From a virus (Duplodnaviria > Caudoviricetes): DNA of 62,384 nt. Positions 40,793-47,649 of this stretch are shown piece after piece; the stretch's first letter is position 1, and the number at the start of each line of letters is the position of its first letter. Below the pieces are notes generated by a model. The model saw nothing but the letters and a program-made list of their open reading frames with translations. It searched no databases and had not been told where the DNA came from. The stretch spans positions 1 to 62,384 of IMG/VR virus record IMGVR_UViG_3300028194_000282. One strand, given 5' to 3'. The position numbers and the translations under genes were made by a program.

Positions 40793-40843
40793 TCTGTCCA
40801 CAAGTGAGTGCTTGTGCTGATGAGTTCAAAAGAACGAAACAGA
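40793..40843 (+). ncRNA. Type III hammerhead ribozyme
   Basis: Stem III TCTG/CAGA, GUC cleavage triplet, stem I CACAAG/CTTGTG, CUGAUGA core, stem II GTTC-AAAA-GAAC, GAAA. Confidence 0.9.
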
Positions 40844-40866
40844 AAAATTAATTTAATCTAATCACA

Positions 40867-41067
40867 ATGAAAAAAGTAATCAAGTTATCAAGCAATGCAA
40901 CAATCGTATTAGTAACATTATTCGTTTATAGTTCAGCTATAAGAATGATAATTCAGATGGTGTCTGATATGGGATGGAAGTCTCTTGCATTGTTACCGGT
41001 TTGGGCATTCATAGGTTTTCTTATGTATGTTTCAGCAAGTCTAATAATCAAACAAATCAAATCGTAA
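40867..41067 (+). CDS. Small 2-TM membrane protein
   Basis: Two hydrophobic segments. Confidence 0.65.
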   Translation: MKKVIKLSSNATIVLVTLFVYSSAIRMIIQMVSDMGWKSLALLPVWAFIGFLMYVSASLIIKQIKS

Positions 41068-41246
41068 TGGAAGAGAGACAAGACTATTACAAAGTAAGAT
41101 ATGCCGGTAAGTTAATTAAAGTCTTGCCGGCACATTCTAAATGGCAAGCAATGGATAAGTTATATTCTTATTACATTGATAGATACCCTTGGATAAAACG
41201 AGAAAAATTAACTGCCGTAAAGTATGGTAAAAAATTTAAAAATTAA
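41067..41246 (+). CDS. Hypothetical protein (MEERQDYY...)
   Basis: TAATG coupling with the upstream gene. Confidence 0.6.
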   Translation: MEERQDYYKVRYAGKLIKVLPAHSKWQAMDKLYSYYIDRYPWIKREKLTAVKYGKKFKN

Positions 41247-41250
41247 AGTT

Positions 41251-41478
41251 ATGAATTACGATGATTGGAAGTTAGCAAGTCCTCCGGAGGGAGGATTGGT
41301 TAGTTCTTGTTGTGGCGAAGACTACAACGAAGAATATGAATCAGACCTAGAGTTTGATTATTTTGTTTGCGTTTCTTGTCAAGATGAGTGCGACATCATA
41401 GAAGATTATGAGTACGAACAGAATCGAAGAGAGTCTTATTTAGAAGACCTTGCCGATGAACAAAGACTAGAACGATGA
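41251..41478 (+). CDS. Acidic Cys-containing small protein
   Basis: SSCCG...CVSCQDEC putative Zn ligands. Confidence 0.6.
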   Translation: MNYDDWKLASPPEGGLVSSCCGEDYNEEYESDLEFDYFVCVSCQDECDIIEDYEYEQNRRESYLEDLADEQRLER

Positions 41479-42056
41479 AGAAGTTTATAATACTAACAAG
41501 TATATCTGTGATTGGATATGTTGGAGCAGATGTGTCTTTGAAGACACAATCTGTGTCGATGAAAGAGGAGGATTTATTTCCTCCTCAATCATTGGTCGAT
41601 GTCCTGACAGTGGATACGGTTCAGGATACAATACGAATCATTAATTCGTTTGACATAGACACGACCTTGACATTCAACGACTTTATAGAAGCAGTCATAT
41701 ACATAGAAAGCAGAGGTGATAGTCTAGCATACAACACAAAAGAAAAAGCAGTGGGTGTGCTACAGATTAGACCTATAATGCTCCGGGAAGTTAACCGGGT
41801 GCTAAGAAAAAATAAAGTTCCTGGCAAGTATGTGCTACAGGATAGATACTCACAGGAGAAGTCAATCGAGATGTTTGAAATTATGGCTGAACAAGTTAAT
41901 CAAGATGAGTTAAGTCAGATGCAGTTCTTTGAAATTGTTGCACGAAGGTGGAATGGTGGAAGGAGAGGCGACAAAAAGAAAGCTACAATAAAGTATTGGG
42001 AGCGAATTAAAAATCAATTAAATATAATAAATTATGGAAAGTTCAGTAATCAGTAA
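41475..42056 (+). CDS. Lysozyme-fold (transglycosylase-like) protein with N-terminal signal/anchor
   Basis: IYIESRG...AVGVLQI...ARRWNGG...YW. Confidence 0.65.
   Translation: MKKFIILTSISVIGYVGADVSLKTQSVSMKEEDLFPPQSLVDVLTVDTVQDTIRIINSFDIDTTLTFNDFIEAVIYIESRGDSLAYNTKEKAVGVLQIRPIMLREVNRVLRKNKVPGKYVLQDRYSQEKSIEMFEIMAEQVNQDELSQMQFFEIVARRWNGGRRGDKKKATIKYWERIKNQLNIINYGKFSNQ
41532..41547. repeat. 16-bp motif copy 6 (in gene, encodes VSLKT)
   Basis: Exact match. Confidence 0.95.
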
Positions 42057-42285
42057 AATCAAAAATGCAATCAAAGATTTCGAAATGCTACAAAACGAAG
42101 AATGGCAACCGGATAATGATTCTTGCCAAGCAAGTATAGACAATCTTGAAACTGCAGTATCACAATTAAGAGACAACGCATTGTGGTTAAATAAGTTTAT
42201 CGACTATGTGGAAGAACAAAGACCAAACACTTACAACGAGGCTTGTGAATATGCCGATGAATATTCAGAAAGAAAAGACATCTAA
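42034..42285 (+). CDS. Hypothetical protein
   Basis: 83-aa ORF in operon. Confidence 0.6.
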   Translation: MESSVISKIKNAIKDFEMLQNEEWQPDNDSCQASIDNLETAVSQLRDNALWLNKFIDYVEEQRPNTYNEACEYADEYSERKDI

Positions 42286-42311
42286 TATTAGGTTATGTCT
42301 AAATTTAGTCT

Positions 42312-42319
42312 TATCTTTG
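42312..42319 (+). promoter_or_regulatory. -7 promoter box TATCTTTG
   Basis: Consensus match upstream of 42378. Confidence 0.65.
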
Positions 42320-42339
42320 TATAAATCAATCAGAGGTCT

Positions 42340-42355
42340 GTGTCTTCAAAGACAC
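42340..42355. repeat. 16-bp motif copy 7 (in the 5' leader just after the promoter)
   Basis: Exact match. Confidence 0.95.
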
Positions 42356-42377
42356 TCCTCATAAAATCAAATCAATT

Positions 42378-43448
42378 ATGTGCGTAATTATTATTAAGCA
42401 AAAAGAAAGTATGATGTCTGAAGAGATAGCCAAGACATCATCAAAAATTAATCCTCACGGATTAGGAATTATTTGGCTAGACACTTTTGAAGTTACTTAT
42501 CACAAGTCAAAAGATTATCGAATACTATTAACAGACAGACCATTCATTGCTCACTTTAGGTATGCAACTATGGGTGCAGTGAACAAGTCAAACACTCATC
42601 CATTTGTATGTGGAAACAACAAGGATGAGATGTTAATGCACAACGGAACTATAAAAGGTTTAGGTAGTGCAGAACTATGTGATTCAAAAGCTTTAGCAAT
42701 TGAACTAGGGTCAACACCTAGACAAGATTGGAAGACACGACTAGAGCAGTATGATTCTAGATTTGTTTCTGTGAACTTACGAACTCGTTCATTCCAAATT
42801 TATAATCGTAATCTCTATACATATAGAGATGGCATTTGGTATTCCAAAGCCAATGTATTGCAAGACAATCTTATTGCAGTATACGGAACTCTTAAGAAAG
42901 GGTTTAGCAACTACTATAGTTTTCTTACCAACGCAAAACATTTAGGAAGAGGAACAACTCAAGACAAGTATCCTTTGTTAGTTAGTGGGTTACCTTATAT
43001 GGTAGACAAGAAAGGTGTAGGTCACAATGTGGTTGTTGATGTATTTAAAGTTAGTGATGTTCAACTTGAAAAGGTTGACCAACTAGAGGGTCATCCACAA
43101 TGGTATCAAAGAAAACTTATACCAATAAAATTAAAAGATAGAACTCTTAATTGTTGGTTGTACTTTAATCCAAAACAAATAACTCCAACTACAGAAATGC
43201 ATAAAGAGTATGTGCAACAAGTACAAAAGAGATTTACTTTTGAGGATGTAGGCACAAGCTATGACACTGCTGAATATCACGAAGCAATAGACATAGGGTG
43301 GACAGACAACGATTTTCCAACTAACGAAACCAATGCTTGTATAGATTGTTTTAATGATGTGGAACACGATGGCTTTGCCAACTACTACTGCTCCTCTTGT
43401 GGGAATTGGTTTACAGAAGAAGAAATAGTTAACTTTAATAAAATATAA
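42378..43448 (+). CDS. Class II glutamine amidotransferase fused to a gamma-glutamylcyclotransferase-like domain and Zn ribbon
   Basis: N-terminal MC, NPHGLG, HFRYAT.G, HPF, MHNG, DS; then AVYGTLKKG...DQLEGHP..Y.R; C-terminal CxxC...CxxC. Confidence 0.85.
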   Translation: MCVIIIKQKESMMSEEIAKTSSKINPHGLGIIWLDTFEVTYHKSKDYRILLTDRPFIAHFRYATMGAVNKSNTHPFVCGNNKDEMLMHNGTIKGLGSAELCDSKALAIELGSTPRQDWKTRLEQYDSRFVSVNLRTRSFQIYNRNLYTYRDGIWYSKANVLQDNLIAVYGTLKKGFSNYYSFLTNAKHLGRGTTQDKYPLLVSGLPYMVDKKGVGHNVVVDVFKVSDVQLEKVDQLEGHPQWYQRKLIPIKLKDRTLNCWLYFNPKQITPTTEMHKEYVQQVQKRFTFEDVGTSYDTAEYHEAIDIGWTDNDFPTNETNACIDCFNDVEHDGFANYYCSSCGNWFTEEEIVNFNKI

Positions 43449-43449
43449 A

Positions 43450-43671
43450 ATGGACTTAAATAAAATAAAAAACATAGCAAAAGATATCATCTCAGATGAT
43501 GAATGGGTAAACGATAGTCACTCCCAAGCAGAACATACCGGAATCAAAGATGGGTTGAACAGACTCATCAAACACCTTGAAGAGACTGATGGGAAACCAT
43601 ATTGGTTTCACAAGGCAGACAAGATAAAGAAAGATGGATATTGGTATGTAAAAATAAGTGACATAAAGTAA
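43450..43671 (+). CDS. Hypothetical protein
   Basis: 73-aa ORF. Confidence 0.6.
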   Translation: MDLNKIKNIAKDIISDDEWVNDSHSQAEHTGIKDGLNRLIKHLEETDGKPYWFHKADKIKKDGYWYVKISDIK

Positions 43672-43723
43672 TGTTATGTCTAAATAAATTCGTACTTTAG
43701 TACAAATCATAAATCAAATCATA

Positions 43724-43963
43724 ATGGCAAGACTATTAAAATCAAGTGGAGAGGTGCTACCTAATGTAGACATCTCTTCACTCAAAAAAATGCAGAACCT
43801 TGTTCAAGGTTATATCGAATTCATTTACATAAAGGATAAGATATTAATAGTAAACGAAGAAGGTTTACTAGACCAACTGCCACCAAACATTGAAGCAAGT
43901 CGAATATACGGGAAACCTTTAGTCGGGGATGTAATAGAATGTGGAATCAAAGAAGTTAACTGA
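43724..43963 (+). CDS. DUF3846-like protein
   Basis: LKKMQNLVQGYIE...IVNEEG...LPPN..AS...LVGDVI. Confidence 0.65.
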   Translation: MARLLKSSGEVLPNVDISSLKKMQNLVQGYIEFIYIKDKILIVNEEGLLDQLPPNIEASRIYGKPLVGDVIECGIKEVN

Positions 43964-44058
43964 TGGATAGAGATAAGTATAACGCATCAATGATAGGCAC
44001 GTTCATAAGTTATGTGGGCATTATAATTATACTGATTATATTAAAAGTACAACAATAA
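43963..44058 (+). CDS. Tiny membrane peptide (31 aa)
   Basis: TGATG coupling; hydrophobic stretch. Confidence 0.45.
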   Translation: MDRDKYNASMIGTFISYVGIIIILIILKVQQ

Positions 44059-44180
44059 TGATACAGACTTTACAACAGAAAATCATAAAGCTTAAGTTAG
44101 AAAAGGGAGACAAGCAGCAGATACAAAAACTGCAGCAAGAACTCGATAAATTAATCAATCAAAAAAAAGAATCAAAATGA
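44058..44180 (+). CDS. Small coiled-coil peptide (40 aa)
   Basis: TAATG and ATGA coupling with neighbours. Confidence 0.45.
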   Translation: MIQTLQQKIIKLKLEKGDKQQIQKLQQELDKLINQKKESK

Positions 44181-44425
44181 AATGGAAAAATTTTAAATCA
44201 TATCAAAGTACCGGACTCATCAGTAAGATAAGTTATGTAAGTGATAAAACTTTACTGCATACAAAAACTACTGATGTTATTATTTATGCCAACAATAACT
44301 ATATCGAAATGCTGAAAGATGGGAAATTTTTATACCGTCCGTCAGGAATTGGTCAGGGAAAACGAAGCAGAAACTTAGAAAATGTAGAACTATATATGTA
44401 TAAAGAACTTTATGGAAACAACTGA
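44177..44425 (+). CDS. Hypothetical protein
   Basis: 82-aa ORF. Confidence 0.6.
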   Translation: MKWKNFKSYQSTGLISKISYVSDKTLLHTKTTDVIIYANNNYIEMLKDGKFLYRPSGIGQGKRSRNLENVELYMYKELYGNN

Positions 44426-44702
44426 AGAACTAATTAAGCAAGTAGGGAGGGAAGTGGTAATGCTCCTGCTCGAAAAAAATAAAGCCTATGGAGACACGGC
44501 TAACAAACCACCAAAAATATTTTCAAAGCTATCAGCCAAGGAAGGAATCTTAGCTAGGATAGATGATAAGTTAAGTAGAATCAAGACCGTTGGACTAAAC
44601 GACAAGACAGAGGATACAATGCTTGACCTTATTGGATACCTTATATTATATAGGGTGCAATGCAAGAAGGAAGTGTCTTCAAAGACACAGAAAATAAGTT
44701 AG
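44412..44702 (+). CDS. DUF1599 / nucleotide-modification-associated-domain-like protein
   Basis: KNKAYGD...RIDDKLSRI...EDTMLDLIGYLIL. Confidence 0.7.
   Translation: METTEELIKQVGREVVMLLLEKNKAYGDTANKPPKIFSKLSAKEGILARIDDKLSRIKTVGLNDKTEDTMLDLIGYLILYRVQCKKEVSSKTQKIS
44673..44688. repeat. 16-bp motif copy 8 (3' end of gene, encodes VSSKT)
   Basis: Exact match. Confidence 0.95.
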
Positions 44703-44766
44703 ACAAAATTTGGAAAAGTAATATACTTTTGTTACCTTTATAGTCAATCAATTAAATCAAAATCAA

Positions 44767-44979
44767 ATGTCAAAATCAAGTAGAATGTTCCAAGAGGAAC
44801 GAGAGAAAGAGCCTATTAATTTAGAGCAATTCTTAGATGCAGAGTACCAACAAATACAAGAGGTACACATCAAACAAAAACAAGTGTTAAACGATATCTT
44901 TGAAGCTTGGGGAGAAATCTTCGGAGCAAAGGATATATCAAAAAAAATCGAATCAAGAGATGAAGACAACAATTTTTAA
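44767..44979 (+). CDS. Hypothetical protein
   Basis: 70-aa ORF after an AAATC-rich leader. Confidence 0.6.
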   Translation: MSKSSRMFQEEREKEPINLEQFLDAEYQQIQEVHIKQKQVLNDIFEAWGEIFGAKDISKKIESRDEDNNF

Positions 44980-45256
44980 TCAGTATGTAGAGCGAGTGTG
45001 CTATCTATTTAATGTAGATAGAGAACTCCTATTTAGTAAAACAAAGAGAAGAGATGTGGTAGATGCTAGACATCTGCTTTATTACTTATGCTCTTTGAGA
45101 CCAATGAGGTTGGTGTATATACAAGAGTATATGTCAGAGAATGGATACTTAATAAATCATTCGTCTATTCACCACGGAATACAAGTAGTTAAAGAAAAGA
45201 TGGAAACAGACATCGACTACGTTAAAGAGATAAACTTAATCAAAGATGAATACTAG
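44960..45256 (+). CDS. DnaA C-terminal (domain IV)-like DNA-binding protein
   Basis: SKTKRRDVVDARHLLYYL...NHSSIHHG resembles the DnaA R...V..R..AMY...DHTTV.H motif. Confidence 0.65.
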   Translation: MKTTIFNQYVERVCYLFNVDRELLFSKTKRRDVVDARHLLYYLCSLRPMRLVYIQEYMSENGYLINHSSIHHGIQVVKEKMETDIDYVKEINLIKDEY

Positions 45257-45695
45257 ACTCCTAGAAATTTTTGAGGAATCCAAGCAGGACACTTATGCGT
45301 TAACTATAAATTCACACGGGTATGAGTCAAGAATGGTGTATGGAATTAAAATCATTAAAGATAATGAGACAAACGAAATACAATTTCTCAATACAATGTT
45401 AGGAGGCGATTATTATTCTAGATTAACTGAAGACCAAATAAATATTTTTATAGAAAATGGTTGGAGGTATGGGGTTTATGTCTTATCTTTGTCTAACTAT
45501 CGTGCAAAACTAGACATCATTGAAAAGCGTATGCAAAAGTATATCAGTGAGAAAAAGTCTGAAAAGCAGATTAGACAATTAAAGGGGAGCAGAGAACGAG
45601 TGCTTTCTAAATATAGTGAAATCAATTTTAAATTAAATCAATTAAACAATGGAGACAAAAAAGTCAACACCAAAAAAGAAGCAGACAACTTTTGA
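45246..45695 (+). CDS. Hypothetical protein
   Basis: 149-aa ORF. Confidence 0.7.
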   Translation: MNTRLLEIFEESKQDTYALTINSHGYESRMVYGIKIIKDNETNEIQFLNTMLGGDYYSRLTEDQINIFIENGWRYGVYVLSLSNYRAKLDIIEKRMQKYISEKKSEKQIRQLKGSRERVLSKYSEINFKLNQLNNGDKKVNTKKEADNF

Positions 45696-46308
45696 AAAAT
45701 TATCTGCTATCAACGTAAATCAATACGTTGAGAAGAAAGGAAATCTAACGTACTTATCTTGGGCATTTGCTTGGAGCGAGACAAAAAGAAATTGTCCGGA
45801 TGCAAGGTATGAAATTCTAGAAACAACTTACGATGAGCAACTAGGCTTTATGTGTAACACACAAGTTACAATTGAAGGCGAGACATTACCTATGTGGTTA
45901 CCCGTTATGGATAGTAAGAATCAATCTATGCGTAAGACTAACTACAAATACTCTACAAGATATGGAGAGAAAGAGGTTATGGCAGCGACAACTTTTGACA
46001 TCAATAAAACTATGATGAGATGCTTAGTTAAAAACTTAGCGATGTTTGGAATGGGAATTTATATCTATGCAGGAGAAGATATGCCAACTGAAGAGGTCAA
46101 GGTTATCCCTACAAAAGAGAAAGCTAAACCTAAAAGTAATAGCAAAGACAAGGATGAGTTAGTATTGAATTCAGATGATTGGAAGAATGTATCTAAGTTT
46201 GTAGTAGAAAGTAAACACTTAGGACTTAAGAAAATTATAGACAAAGTTTCATTAAAGTTTAGTCTTACTGCATCAGTTAAGAATGAAATCAAAAACCTAA
46301 TCAAATGA
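45649..46308 (+). CDS. Sak-like single-strand annealing protein (DUF1071)
   Basis: EKKGNLTYLSWAFAW, LPVMD, DINKTMMRCLVKNLAMFGMGIYIYAGED. Confidence 0.85.
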   Translation: METKKSTPKKKQTTFEKLSAINVNQYVEKKGNLTYLSWAFAWSETKRNCPDARYEILETTYDEQLGFMCNTQVTIEGETLPMWLPVMDSKNQSMRKTNYKYSTRYGEKEVMAATTFDINKTMMRCLVKNLAMFGMGIYIYAGEDMPTEEVKVIPTKEKAKPKSNSKDKDELVLNSDDWKNVSKFVVESKHLGLKKIIDKVSLKFSLTASVKNEIKNLIK

Positions 46309-47039
46309 TAGATAGCCAAAAAATTCTAGATGCTCTTAGAGATGATGAGCAATACTACGGAGAGTTTGGTCAGCAGTACTTATCTAATTCAGATGTAGGA
46401 ACACTCCTAAAAAATCCAACACAATTTAGAAAGCCACAAGATGATAATGTAAATTTTCATAAAGGCAGATACTTTCATCAACTAATTCTTGAGCCGGAGA
46501 AGGCTAAAGAAACTAGCTTTATAGATGTTTCATCAAGAAACACAAAAGCTTACAAGGAAACTGCAGTTAATGGAATTGTGATGTTGGAAAAAGAAGGTCA
46601 GGAAATCAGAGATTGCGTTAATGCAATGATGGAAAACTATTCTTTTTTTGAAGGCATTCGTCAAACCGGTTGTGAGTATGAAGTACCATCCATACAAGAG
46701 TTTAATGGTGTGTGGTGGAAAGGTAAGGCAGACATCGTTTGTCCCGATAAACTTATTGATTTAAAAACTACCGGGAACATAGATGATTTTAAATGGTCAG
46801 CTAGGAAGTACAACTATGATAGTCAGTGTTACATATACCAAAAACTATTTGGGTTGCCATTAGAGTTTTATGTAGTAGACAAGACAACTAAAAGGTTGGG
46901 TATATTTAAACCATCTGAAGAGTTTGTAGCAAGAGGAGAACAGAAAGTTATTCAAGCTATAGGAGTTTACAACAGATTCTTTAATGAAGATAAAAAAACA
47001 GAAGACATCAACGAATATTTCATCAGCGATGTTCTTTAA
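46305..47039 (+). CDS. RecE/exonuclease VIII-like PD-(D/E)XK nuclease (DUF3799-like)
   Basis: LSNS, G..FH..ILEP, KGKAD, IDLKTT, Y.YD.Q..IY. Confidence 0.8.
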   Translation: MIDSQKILDALRDDEQYYGEFGQQYLSNSDVGTLLKNPTQFRKPQDDNVNFHKGRYFHQLILEPEKAKETSFIDVSSRNTKAYKETAVNGIVMLEKEGQEIRDCVNAMMENYSFFEGIRQTGCEYEVPSIQEFNGVWWKGKADIVCPDKLIDLKTTGNIDDFKWSARKYNYDSQCYIYQKLFGLPLEFYVVDKTTKRLGIFKPSEEFVARGEQKVIQAIGVYNRFFNEDKKTEDINEYFISDVL

Positions 47040-47156
47040 AAAGAAACGAGTTAAGTGGTTCAAAGTTCCAATGGAATGCAAGACTCGTGAGGAAAAAGAT
47101 AATCTTATCCTCTATATAATAAACAATTTGGAACAAACAATTAAAATCAATTAATT

Positions 47157-47429
47157 ATGGCAGAAGAAAAAATCTTTGCAGATGGTTTCTCATTTAAGAG
47201 AAACGACAACGCACCCGAATTTGTAGTAGGGAAGCAGTCAATTAAAGTGGATGAAGCAATAGCTTTCCTAAAACAGAATGCTAAAAATGGATGGGTAAAC
47301 CTAGACATCAAAAGAGCAAAAGGTGGAAACTTTTATTGTGAGTTAGATACTTGGGTTGCAAAACCTCAAGGCGATGCTCCTAAAAAAGTGGAAGAAAAAG
47401 TGGATGAGTCAGCAGACTTACCATTCTAA
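47157..47429 (+). CDS. Putative single-stranded DNA-binding protein
   Basis: Small protein with acidic C-terminus ending DLPF, downstream of the SSAP and exonuclease genes. Confidence 0.6.
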   Translation: MAEEKIFADGFSFKRNDNAPEFVVGKQSIKVDEAIAFLKQNAKNGWVNLDIKRAKGGNFYCELDTWVAKPQGDAPKKVEEKVDESADLPF

Positions 47430-47445
47430 GTGTCTTCAAAGACAC
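47430..47445. repeat. 16-bp motif copy 9 (immediately after the stop codon)
   Basis: Exact match. Confidence 0.95.
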
Positions 47446-47455
47446 CGGTAATAAG

Positions 47456-47483
47456 AAGGGAGACAATAGTCTCCCTTTCTTTT
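47456..47483 (+). terminator. Intrinsic terminator
   Basis: AAGGGAGAC-AATA-GTCTCCCTT-TCTTTT. Confidence 0.8.
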
Positions 47484-47649
47484 ACCCCAATTAATGTTAC
47501 TTGTCGGAAAAAATAATCAACTATACTCTTTTATAGTATATATATTTTTCTTTTCTTTACCTATATAAAGAAAATAAATAACATAATCAACATAACTACT
47601 GATAATCAGAGAGTTAAATAAATCAAATCAACATTAAATCAACATATAT

